NCBI GenBank assembly: GCA_002269645.1
Contig: NIVC01001061.1
Coordinates: 186,001 to 250,000 of the forward strand
From: Macrostomum lignano
Lineage: Eukaryota
DNA length: 64,000 bases
Reading direction: 5' to 3'
The notes under the pieces were generated by a model that ran no database searches, was not told the DNA's origin, and saw only the letters and a list, made by a program, of their open reading frames with translations. Below are positions 43,901-54,281 of this stretch, one piece after another. Numbering within the stretch: position 1 is the stretch's first letter; each line of letters starts with the position of its first letter. The translations under genes and the position numbers were made by a program.

Positions 43901-46900
43901 GCACACTGTAGAAGAAAAAGCGCCGCGCAATGTGTCTGCTGCTGCTTTCAAAAGCTATGTGCATCCTCCTCTGCTCGAAGTTCCAGATAGCACGATGGTG
44001 CTCCAGGCCATTCCACCAATGGGGCTGCATCTCTTGCTTGGCGTGACCAATTGACTATTCGAAGAACTGGACACTCAACTGCAAGGACTCAAAGACTGTC
44101 AGATAAGCACAGATGACTGGCTATAGCAGCTTGGCCTTCGACAACCATTGCAGAACAGTGGGAACTTTGCCAGAAATGCCTGCGAGTGTCTTCTAAATGG
44201 TGTCAACATTTTGATTGCAATGCTGGCTCAGCACAATGTGTTTTTGGCAATGCCTATAGCTCATGCCCTATGCTGCTTCCACAATGTAAAGGCCTCATGC
44301 TTTGGTATGAGTGTGTGTGTGGAGACTTTGAGAATCAAGTCCGGGCATTCGAAGAAGCCTATATTGATCTTGGAATCTGCGTCACCCCAAAAGTCCACGC
44401 TATTATTGACCACATTGTCCAGTTTTGAACATGTCCAATCTAGCTGGAGAACTAAAGAAGGGACTTGGCTTCTGGTCTCAGCAAGTGGTTAAGACTGCAC
44501 ACCACAATTTCAACAGCATGTGGCAAGACTTTCAGATTAATTTTCATCATCCATTGTATCCAGATTGATTGGGCAAGTGTGTTGTTGCATACTGCTCTTG
44601 TCATGCCTAAACAAAATGTGAACTAGACTGCAAATTAGGATTATACATTTCTCTTTATTGGAATGAACAAATAGTTTTTAGTCAGACCCTTTAGACCATT
44701 TTAAAATTCTATTCCAGCTTTGCAATGCATGCATAGAGATTGTTGGTTCACTATAAAATGAAATCTAAAAAAGACAAGATAAGCTAGCTATTGTCTTATC
44801 CCGATAGGACCCTAGTTATTTTTTCTTTTATTTATTATTGAATTAATGACAGGAATACACTAGGTAGCTGGTGGAAACCTTAATTTAAATTCTTTCTTTC
44901 TTTCTAATTTAAAAACTTATATTGCAAAAGTCAATGGTAAAAAGCAAAAAGAATTTAATTAAGTTTTCTACTAGCTACTAGAATTATTTCTATGGTAAAC
45001 TTATATTACAGAAGTCCTTGTTCTTACCCATCATCATGGAAAGGGAATAGCTTCCTTTGAAAACTCAGTAGAATTTAATAGGATATGCCTATGGTTCCAA
45101 GGGCCAAAATCGCATGAATACGAGAGCATATGCAGCAAATTTACAGGCTCACAGCCAATGAGATGGTAGCTATGTATGAGGAGGGAATAATAGCTACAAC
45201 TCAAAAGCAAGTGATAGAAAAATATCTGGGATAATATGCCTTCCATGCCTTGCATCACTCAAGCACAATTTTGTGCATTGCTTCTTTGTCTGCTTTTATT
45301 TAGCATTCTCTGTACTTTATGAGTGTTTTTTGTTATATTTAGTCACAATTATTCATTGATATTTCAATTTATACTTTATACTTTGGATTTTGAAGGGCAA
45401 TGGAATACCTATGAATTATAATGAAAAGTTTCTTAAGATCATATTTTTCAAATTTCACAAACTCATGTAGACATTCATTTTTTGCATCACGCATATTGAA
45501 AACTAATAGTAATTAGGTCATATGGTAATAAAGTGCTGTAGATCAGAGATAGCTTGGCAGATTTTTTGATATTGCACATATGCTATGCTAAGGTCTAGAT
45601 GAGTGTGTAAATCATTGTCATTTCAGGCTGATTCTATTTTCACCTTTAGATGGCTTTGAGACATGTGTTAAGATTAAGACTAAGTACAATGCCAGTACAT
45701 ATAATAATGAAAATAAATATTTATATATCTTAAAAAGTATATTATTTTAAAACTAGAAGCAGAAGCATTTTTTATTAGAGGCAGGGGAGTTGTATGCACC
45801 CTGGCACACTTAGAGCAACATAGGCGCATAACTGGCAAGAGGCATTACTACCCATTCTACCAACTTCCCTAAGCAGGCATATAAGCATGCGGATACATAC
45901 ACAAGCACATACTCACATAGGAGTGAATAGTGGCCCTAACTTTATGTTATCATTAGGCATGTACACTTTACTGCACCTTGGGGGTTGGCTCTCAAGGCCA
46001 TTAATTGTGCGAGTAGAGCCAAGCCAAGATTCTAATTTAGCCCCAAATTAATATGACTACACTTAGAATCAAGCTTGGGTTGTTGGCATACCAGAGTAGC
46101 TGCATTACCGCTGGGCTATGGCCCTCCCTGAAGCACAAGCATACAATCTAAAAATATTTTCCCCAAGGGACCCATAGTATATATGTACACTAACTTTTTG
46201 TATATAAATTTTGTAAGCTAAACAATTGTTTATAAATGAAAATGCATTATTATCATTGAATGGGATCATAATAATGCTCATAATAGCCAGCCAATCATAT
46301 TTAATAGCAAACTGTCTCTGCCTTTAATATTTGTAACTGTAGCATCCCTTCTTATCAATATAAGTTCTTTTTTCTTTAGATATTTAAAATTTATATCATA
46401 TTTCTTTAAAATATTGCTATATACAAAATTACCTTTAGAAAAAATGACAACCCATTTTAACTCTTTTTGCAAGACTTGCAATATTTATTTATGAAAAATA
46501 AGCTTTACTAGCTATGTAGCTATACTATAATTTTTCTTCTCAAAAAGTTATGTTGTCTGCCAGCAGACAAAAATATAGTAAACAAAATGACTGCACACTA
46601 ATTTATAGGCCTATAAGCCAAAAAATGGCATGAATTTTTATACTAAAATTAGTACACCAACTTGAAAGGGGCATTTGGATGCCAGAATTTTTATATATAT
46701 ATAACCTTCTAGAGTCTAGAATTCATAAGGATCCTATGACAATATCCTACTTTAAATTTATTAAATACAATTTACCTTTGACATCACAATAACTTATAAG
46801 TGTAAATTTGACATTAATAACTAGTTGACCTATACAATGGATAAAATACTTCATGGAGAATCCTGACTAGCACACACTCAAGCATGATTCATTAAATAGC

Positions 46901-47155
46901 CAATGGGAAGAAAGAACTAGTTCTTCTCTGTACAAAACAATTTAGATTGGTAAATAAACTTACTCGTTTTATTTGCTCAGCAACTTGCTTATCTTCCTTA
47001 TCATCAATATGACTATGAGCGACATTTTCTGGTTCGTGCTGATTGGTACTTTGTTGTGACATTGTACTGACATAGTAAACAAAAAAGAAGGCAACAATGA
47101 ATGACACTCCGATCAGAAGCTTTAGCCGCGCTGAATGTCTTCTTCTTGAAAACAT
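22974..47155 (-). CDS. GH35 beta-galactosidase (GLB1L2/GLB1L3-like), 11 exons, N-terminal membrane anchor, one apparent frameshift
   Basis: Exons 46964-47155, 36138-36289 ([33 protein letters not shown]), 35961-36029 (YAPWNLHE), 35142-35237 ([16 protein letters not shown]), 33645-33786 (GGPIIAFQ), 32707-32997 (VENEYGSY acid/base; AAELWTGWF nucleophile), 31649-31940 ([21 protein letters not shown]), 30007-30062, 29794-29925, 27848-28557 ([37 protein letters not shown]) and 22974-23060. All are GT-AG and phase-compatible except a 1-nt shift near 28040-28043. Confidence 0.93.
23235..27665. repeat. ~4.4-kb purine-rich satellite (~19-21-bp AGAGAGGGGAGAGAGCAGGGC variants), intronic
   Basis: Fills beta-gal intron 10; the long six-frame ORFs here are artefacts of the repeat. 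Confidence 0.97.
28655..29755. repeat. 22-bp tandem repeat (GGATTATCAATAGATCCCCACA)n, intronic
   Basis: About 50 units in beta-gal intron 9. Confidence 0.96.
30122..31425. repeat. 16-bp tandem repeat (GTAATTTCGGTCAGGT)n with 80-bp higher-order period, intronic
   Basis: The variant TGTGATCTCG recurs at 30241, 30321, 30401 and 30481. Confidence 0.95.
32112..32473 (+). mobile_element. Full-length tRNA-derived SINE (~360 bp), young copy
   Basis: Head AGGGGGGCCGTAGCCCAGCGGTAG (A box) ... GGCTCGATTCC (B box), tail AATAAAAAAAA, and a 13-bp target duplication AACCTTCACGTGA at 32099-32111 and 32474-32486. Confidence 0.92.
33014..33612. repeat. (GAGT)n microsatellite, intronic
   Basis: Directly visible; abuts the acceptor of exon 32707-32997. 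Confidence 0.97.
33890..35112. repeat. 30-bp tandem repeat (CTAGAGTACATAGAAATCGAAATCTCACCC)n, intronic
   Basis: About 40 units. Confidence 0.96.
35350..35720. repeat. 21-bp repeat (CTACTGCTCTACCTCTCCCTT)n, intronic
   Basis: Directly visible. Confidence 0.94.
36300..37985. repeat. 40-bp G-rich tandem repeat (TGGGGAGGGGTTCAGACTGGGCTATTCAAGTGTCAGAGGT)n, intronic
   Basis: About 42 units next to the acceptor at 36290-36291. Confidence 0.97.
38739..39715 (+). mobile_element. Internally deleted Tc1/mariner element (977 bp)
   Basis: Matching TIRs CTTCGGGTGTGTCATAAGTAATGTCACTG flanked by TA on both sides. Transposase remnants: [30 protein letters not shown] and [16 protein letters not shown] (mariner YSPDL-like motif). 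Confidence 0.9.
42700..44610 (+). mobile_element. Decayed Chapaev-type (CMC) transposase
   Basis: Fragmented motifs [75 protein letters not shown] and [17 protein letters not shown], with several stops and frameshifts. Element ends not defined. Confidence 0.75.
45768..46129 (-). mobile_element. Full-length, heavily C>T/G>A-mutated copy of the SINE at 32112-32473
   Basis: The reverse complement aligns end to end with 32112-32473; possible GAAGCA target duplication at 45762-45767 and 46130-46135. Confidence 0.93.
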
Positions 47156-48064
47156 CCTATTGGGTTTTAATTTGCCGATTTTAACCTTTCAATAATGAAG
47201 AGGCAAGATTTAGGCCTTTAACAATTGGCCTCTTAATTCCAAGACTCAAAAAAGATGTAAAACAGATGATTAAAAAATTAAGTACAATGTGAAAATAGAC
47301 GAAATAGTCCTACGCCTATCACTATCACTTGAATAATAATCAGGGCAAGCAATTAGAGGGTAACTAACTGAGTGGTTTATAGAAAGAAAACAGAATATTG
47401 ACACAAAAGATGACCTGGGTCACTATACTGAGTCACTCGACATTTTAGCATTTAGCATGTTAAGCTTGGCAACAGTGAAATTTGTAACTCCTGTCCTGTC
47501 AAAAAATCATTATACCGACAGGTCTATTAAATTATAGCTAGCTTTGTATATACGTCAAAAACACGTATTCACATTTTTATCAAAAAACGTTAAGCACCAT
47601 ATAATTTAGGAATGTTTGTTATAACCCACACCCGTAATCTGTGCCTAAGTTCTAACTAACTAACTAACTAACCAACTAACTAACTAGCTAACTAACTAAC
47701 TAGCTAACTAACTATACTAACTAACTAAGCTGAGCGCTTCACTTGATATTCTTAGAAATGATCTGGAGGCCGGCGCTGTTGATCATCAGTGCATTTTATG
47801 CTTTATTGAGAACTATATCGAACCATCGACAAATTCGTAAAAAAATTGCGCTGGGAAAATCCGATTTGTCGAGAGCATCATACTGCTGGCGCACAGACCA
47901 CCACTGGCTGACATCCGCAGATTTCGTTATACACGCAATACACGCAAATTTCTTCATTTGTATTATAATCACATGCAGCTACAATAGACTATAACAATTG
48001 GGGCTTTGAATAAAGGTAGATCCTGCAAAGAATTTTGCTTAGGACGACTATATATATAGTATAG

Positions 48065-48408
48065 CAGGACGAAAAACTCACAAACCGTGTAATTTTTAGG
48101 AGGCCAATTTCCTGGAAAAATACACTGCGGAGATAGGAAATAATCATTTTTGCATCACATGATCCTTAGTGATTACTTTGATCTGGGAAAGTGACGATTG
48201 CCGTTTCATTTACTTAGAACACACAGCATGGTATTTTATATACGAGTGTAGTGAAAGTTTCATTTTCATATTGTTTTGTTTATTTGTTCATTGTCCATAA
48301 ACATCGTTTAATATGAGATGAAAAAATGATTATTTCCTATCTCCGAAGTGTATTTTCCGGAACTGGCCTCCTAAAAAATTACACGAGGTCATGGCGTTTT
48401 TCGTCTTG
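48065..48408. mobile_element. MITE with long terminal inverted arms
   Basis: CAGGACGAAAAA..CGTGTAATTTTTAGGAGGCCAATTTCCTGGAAAAATACACTGCGGAGATAGGAAATAATCATTTT is inverted to 48321-48408. Confidence 0.8.
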
Positions 48409-50316
48409 TTATTCTGCAGTGGGCCTTGGATCACGTTTCCAAGTGCAGCCAATTCACGCAGGTCTGCATATGAAACTGCCTGATGCAAGAGTGAGTTGGC
48501 CAACGACTGCGGCAATCTCTCAGCTGTCAGCTGCGGGATTTTAAATTCTGCAGCCAATTTAGTCCCGAATTATTAGGGATAATTGTTTCCACTCACAGCA
48601 CCTGCCTCAGCACCAGATGGCATTAATCGTGCTGAAATTGGGCGCAACTTTTTTTCTGATGGACCGGCAAATAAAAAACTAAGCCGGCTGTTTACAGTCC
48701 TACATTTTTCGAACGAGCAATCATGCAATTGCATGGCCCCAGGAGTTACCGGCGAGTTACCTGTAATTTCCTGCGTGACCCAATTGGAAAGCTTGGTTTA
48801 TCTACGTAAATATACGTAGATTTTTTTAACGTAAATTTTACGTGAATGTTGTTCGTGGGTATTACGTATAATTTTCGTGTTCCATGGATATATATAACAA
48901 ACAACTTTTAACTAAAATTTGCTCCACAGTATTTTATTTTTGAATATTGTCTGCATATTTGAACAGGTTCATCATATACTTTCGCGAAGGTCTTCTCTTT
49001 GAGCAGAAGCGTAAAGGCAGCAATAACGATTGTGGTCAATGATTTGCCTTATGCAATTAGTGTTTTATTAAATTAGATTAAGTGTTTCTTTTAATGGGAT
49101 AATTCACAATTTTTTTCCTGAGCATACAACAAAAAATTAGAGTTATATTTGTTTTAACGTGTTGTTTTAAAATCTAAATTTCAAACTGATTTACTCTTCC
49201 ATTCGCGTTCGCGCCCAGGCCGGAAACATGCATGGACTGGACTAAACATGGAAGTGTTTAGTTAGTGAGAGGTGGATTAATTAACACATGTAAACGTAAC
49301 TCCAATTGCGAATTACTCTAATAGTTACAGTGTATAATGGTGATAAGATTTCTTGTCGCTGTTGTTTGATTTCACGACTATAACATGCAGTTAAAAGTCT
49401 CACTGTCTCTGGCTGATTTTGATTGCTAGTCATACTCATAAACACATTGTGAAACCGTTTGGCCCCAATAATTTAAACTGGAATCTGCAGATCTGTTGTA
49501 TTGCATTAAGTTCTAGAACAGATGGTTACTTACATCTCATCCTTCTTATCCTTCTATTTACACAGGCCTACAAATTTTACTTGAAATGCTGAAATCTTAG
49601 ACATTGACAATGTCAATATTTAGCTATTGAGTAGGTCTATTGGCCTATATGTAGCTGTTGACCTATTGTTTCACCAGACTACTAGCTTAGCTAATAACTA
49701 GAATTGTTGGTCAATTGTATTGTACTTATATATTTTATTTTTGCTAGTTGCTAACTATAGTATAATAACTTTTTATGCTTTTGCCAAGATTTGGTTGTGG
49801 GTGGTAGACTGGTAGGTAGCAAAATATTTTCCTTTTTTATAATGATATTTATTGCTAGGTTCGACATTTATTGCTAATTTATTGCTAATTGACATTTATT
49901 GCTAATTTATAATGAACCAGATCATTAAATTTACCATTCTACCAATGTTAATAGGCTAAATAAACAAAATTTTTAAATAAAGTTTAAAATAAATATATCT
50001 TATAGTTTTGCTTTATTGGCAAAGACTAGATAGCCTTGCTGATTATTCTTATATTATAACTAAAGTAATAAAAAAGTCTTATATATAAATAATACCTATT
50101 GCTGCGTATTGCACTAGAGCATCCTCTAACACATTAATCTGCCATAGTTATTCTGTGGTACTGAGAAATATAATTTTAACTTTAATTATGAATATTTTAA
50201 ATTTTGATATTTACTTTTACCCTATTAATTTATTTTACAATTTCTCTTTCTTTCAGTAATATCATATCTATGGTTCCTAATAACCAAAAAAACATGAACG
50301 AAATGTTAAAAAACTT

Positions 50317-52302
50317 ATGAAAAAGATTATTCATAGCAAATATCAAGTAAGAACAGCAAGGTCTAATTCTAATTGTTTGGAATCAGCATCAACTGAATTA
50401 GAGGCATCTTTGTTCTTAGAGGCTTGTTCAACTGATGGACCAAATCTTCAATCTAGATCTAACAGTTCTGAAATTATAGATCAGATAGATCAAAGTTCAA
50501 TTGCAAGCAGTACATCTATTGATGTTTGGCCAGAAGCAAGCTCTACTAGTGAAAATAGTATTCCTGATGATAGCATAAATCAATTTATTAAACAATGGGT
50601 AATCAAATTCAACATTCCTATCTATAGTCTAGATGTACTACTACCACGGCTACAAGAGAAATATCCTACTTTACCCAAGTGTGGTAAAACACTTTTGAAA
50701 GCAAATCTTCCTCAGCCAATTATCCAGGCTATTTCAACTGGCCAAATAGCATACTTTGGTCTGAGGTGTTTTCTTAACAATAAGGACTTTTCCTTCTGTA
50801 ATCAGGCTGATTTGGTTGTTTTTGTTGATGGTTTCTCACTTGCTAAGTCTTCAACTTCATCTTGCTGGGCAGTCTTAGGACTATTAGGATCTAATGAAAC
50901 ACCTTTTGTCATTGCTATCTATCAAGGACATGTAAAACCAACAGCTTCAGAATTGATGTCACCTTTAATTAATGAAATCAATGAGCTTATGTCAGACCCA
51001 AGTCAAACACGTTTAAATTTGAAGTATATTCTGGCTGATACACCTGCTCGAGCACTTATCAAGTGTATTAAAGGACATACTGCTTTTTATTCCTGTGATC
51101 GTTGCGTTATCCGTGGACAAAGAGTTGAAGGTCGAATTGTGTTTGATGACTTTTCTGTAGTGCCACTTAGAAGTAACCAGTCTTTTCGTTCAAAGATTGA
51201 TCATCATCATCATTCAGGAACATCTCCACTATTGGCTCTTGCAACATTCAACATGATATCTCAGCTTCCCTATGACTTCATGCATTTACTTTGCCTTGGA
51301 GTAGTTAAGCGCATGATTTCTTTTTGGCATTGTGGTCCACTTGGAATTTCTAGACTGACTAGTAGGGCTCGAGTAGCAATCTCAGAGAGGCTAGAGTTAA
51401 TACGGACATTTATGCCTTCTGAGTTCAATAGAAAGACTAGACCTCTTGCCCAGTATAAATTATGGAAAGCAACTGAGTTTCGTACTTTCTTGTTGTACAC
51501 TGGAATATGTGCATTAAAGAATAACTGGATTCCACGTCAAATTTTTCGGAACTTCTGTCTACTTTTCATTATTGCTCGAATTATGTGCTCTAGTAGTATT
51601 GAAGGGCATAGGAAGAACATGGTTGCTCGTCTTATTAGAGTTTATTTACAAAGTTGCAAGCAAAGTTATTCTAGAATCTTCTTAGTTTATAATTTGCATG
51701 CACTGCTGCATCTTCCAGATGATTGTGAGTTATATGGTTGTCTTGACTCTTTTAGTGCTTTTCGGTTTGAAAATGCTCTTGGCTTCTTGAGGCGGCGTGT
51801 TAGAAGTGGTAACTTGCCATTCATGCAGCTTGTAAACCGAATTAGAGAAGTAACACAAGTTACAACTGTAAATCTGCAAGGCTCTCAACAGAAAAACATT
51901 GAATTTTTTGAAAAAGTGAGTGACTGCCTTCCAAGAAACATTGCACTGCAAATTGATTTCCAACCAATTTTTTTTGCCCAAGCTAAATTTCAAGGACTGC
52001 AACTATCTGTCAAACATCAGAGAGACAGCTATTTTAGTTTTAATGGTGTAGCTACTAAGCTATCAAAGATTTTTACTCGAGCTGATTGTTCATCCATCTA
52101 TGTCATTGCAAGATGCTTCAAACAAAAAGAAGACTATTTTAATTTTCCATGCAATAGCAAGTCACTTGGAATTTTCATTGCCTCAAAGCTCTCAGATACT
52201 TTTGTAATGTTTGAGCTTACAGATCCAGTTACAAAGCTTTTTGCTATGCCTCTTGGTGAGGATTATGACGAGGAGTCAGTGCTCATTGTTCCAATGATTT
52301 AG
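50317..52302 (+). CDS. EnSpm/CACTA-type transposase (661 aa, uninterrupted)
   Basis: Motifs VFVDGFSLAKSS, ILADTPARALIKCIKGHTAFYSCDRC, PYDFMHLLCLGVVK, WKATEFRTFLLY and YNLHALLHL..YGCLDSFSAFRFENALG. Confidence 0.92.
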   Translation: MKKIIHSKYQVRTARSNSNCLESASTELEASLFLEACSTDGPNLQSRSNSSEIIDQIDQSSIASSTSIDVWPEASSTSENSIPDDSINQFIKQWVIKFNIPIYSLDVLLPRLQEKYPTLPKCGKTLLKANLPQPIIQAISTGQIAYFGLRCFLNNKDFSFCNQADLVVFVDGFSLAKSSTSSCWAVLGLLGSNETPFVIAIYQGHVKPTASELMSPLINEINELMSDPSQTRLNLKYILADTPARALIKCIKGHTAFYSCDRCVIRGQRVEGRIVFDDFSVVPLRSNQSFRSKIDHHHHSGTSPLLALATFNMISQLPYDFMHLLCLGVVKRMISFWHCGPLGISRLTSRARVAISERLELIRTFMPSEFNRKTRPLAQYKLWKATEFRTFLLYTGICALKNNWIPRQIFRNFCLLFIIARIMCSSSIEGHRKNMVARLIRVYLQSCKQSYSRIFLVYNLHALLHLPDDCELYGCLDSFSAFRFENALGFLRRRVRSGNLPFMQLVNRIREVTQVTTVNLQGSQQKNIEFFEKVSDCLPRNIALQIDFQPIFFAQAKFQGLQLSVKHQRDSYFSFNGVATKLSKIFTRADCSSIYVIARCFKQKEDYFNFPCNSKSLGIFIASKLSDTFVMFELTDPVTKLFAMPLGEDYDEESVLIVPMI

Positions 52303-52476
52303 CTGGAACAGCTAGGATTACAAGCTTAACTAGGTAAATGTTTTTCAAGATATATTATTAATTCATTTGAAATATAATTCCTGAAATATACTTGAAATAC
52401 TTGAAGATTTCTCTGATTTCGATAATCATTCCAATCCCAAGTAAAAAGATTGTTACTCTTATTACACCACTTTCAG

Positions 52477-54281
52477 TGCATTCGAGCAACCAGGCTTTCA
52501 CAATAGTCGAGTTTCTGGAGGACAAGTCAGTTGATTATGTACCATCGATTTGGCTATTAGCTTCGGACAGTGTTGCCTACCCCACTTCGCAATCAACTAG
52601 TCGAGTCGCCTCTTTACGTTCAAAAATGGAAAAGCCTACAGCTACACTTGAGCCACTATGGCGTTCATGCTCTATTAGAGTCTTAGGTATGGCATCAACT
52701 GAACGAAAAGCACGCGAAAAGCTAAAGAAGCTAGAAGCTGCTGCTGCTGCGGGCGAGGATACACCTGGTCTGGAGACTACTGACTCAGAAGCACCTAGGC
52801 AAAGAAAACCAGTTCATCGACTTATCGATATGGAACCAACACAGAAAAAGCGTAAGAAGAATAAATATGTATCAAGTGATGACGAGTCGTCGAAGTCTAA
52901 ATCCGATTCGGAGACTGAATCCGAAACTGATATGCTGCAGCAAGAGGACGTTGGTGATATTGGCTCGCTATTTTCGCTCCATGGTTGTTCTGCCAGTGCC
53001 AGTTCGCATCGACAAGATGACGAGACGTCTGCTGCTAGCGTCGCTAGCTCAAATCCATCAACAGCTGGACAGTCTGCAAGCGCCTACAACTCGGTTCAAC
53101 GACAGAAGCAAGCATCTGCTGCTAGCTTCGCTAGCTCAAATCACTCAGCAGTTGGACAGTCTGCAAGCGCCTGCAACTCGGTTCAACGACAGAAGCAAGC
53201 ATCTGCTGCTAGTGCTAGCGTCGCTAGCTCAAATCACTCAGCAGCTGGACGGTCTGCAAGCGCCTACAACTCGGTTCAACGACAGAAGCAAGCATCTGCT
53301 GCTAGTGCTAGCGTCGCTAGCTCAAATCACTCAGCAGCTGGACGGTCTGCAAGCGCCTACAACTCTGTTCAACGACAGAAGCAAGCATCTGCTGCTAGTG
53401 CTAGCGTCGCTAGCTCAAATCACTCAGCAGCTGGACGGTCTGCAAGCGCCTGCAGCTCGGTTCAACGACAAGAAACAGCCGCTAGCATGAATTTCTCTGG
53501 TCGGTCGGTGTAAGTGCGGGCCTGGGTGATTTCAATGTATAATCCAAACCACTAAAATATTCGCTTTTGAAAGCTTAATTGTCATGCTCTTTAACCTCAT
53601 CCATTCAGTCCTGCTACACCGGTACAATCGGCAGCTGGCTGCTCGCTTGAATACACCAGTGATGATGACGACACCATTGGACCAGGCCCACTGGACAGTC
53701 ATTTGACTCCAAGCCCATCGCGACGGGCGGATAATGCTGCTCCATTGGGTACAAGTTTTTTGTCGCAATTTTGCGCAGAGGAAAACTTTCGTTACACGGG
53801 AGATGACGAGACGACTTTAATGCGTTTAGTTTGCTCCACATTTTCTTTAGCGAAGGAAAATAACCAGCTGCTAAAACAACTGGCGGCTAGTCGTCAAATG
53901 CCCCAGCTTGCAAAGCTAAATTTGCCCTTTGTGCTGCCAGTAAGCACAAAGGACGAATTGGATCAGCTGGAACAGTACTTAAGGATTCCTAAACAATCAA
54001 CCATGCTGGCCTCCTATATCGGCTGCATGGTTTCTGATTCTCAGCGCAAAGCCGTTTTTATGTTAATGCCAAAGTTTATCACTACGCAATTGGCTGCGTC
54101 TTTTAATTACGAAGGCAAAAGAGGTGGAAAGGCTGCCTTCAAGGATTTTGCTAACACAATTTCCTTGGTTAGGCGACTGGTAGCCCAGGGTAGCAAGTCG
54201 GGCAAGTGCGAATCAAATATAGTTAAAACAGCCATTGCCGACTGGCTCCGTCAGGCGCCTGCCCGCCTTAAGGCGACCTAG
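52477..54281 (+). CDS. CACTA accessory protein (ORF2, DUF4806-like C-terminus), spliced; 5' exon not located
   Basis: N-terminal FTIVEFLEDKSVDYVPSIWL motif and ~5 internal 29-31-aa repeats. Intron 53510-53608 (GTAAGT..TTCAG) joins in frame to LPVSTKDELDQLEQYL..FNYEGKRGGKAAF..IADWLRQAP, a DUF4806-like region by recall. Confidence 0.75.
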
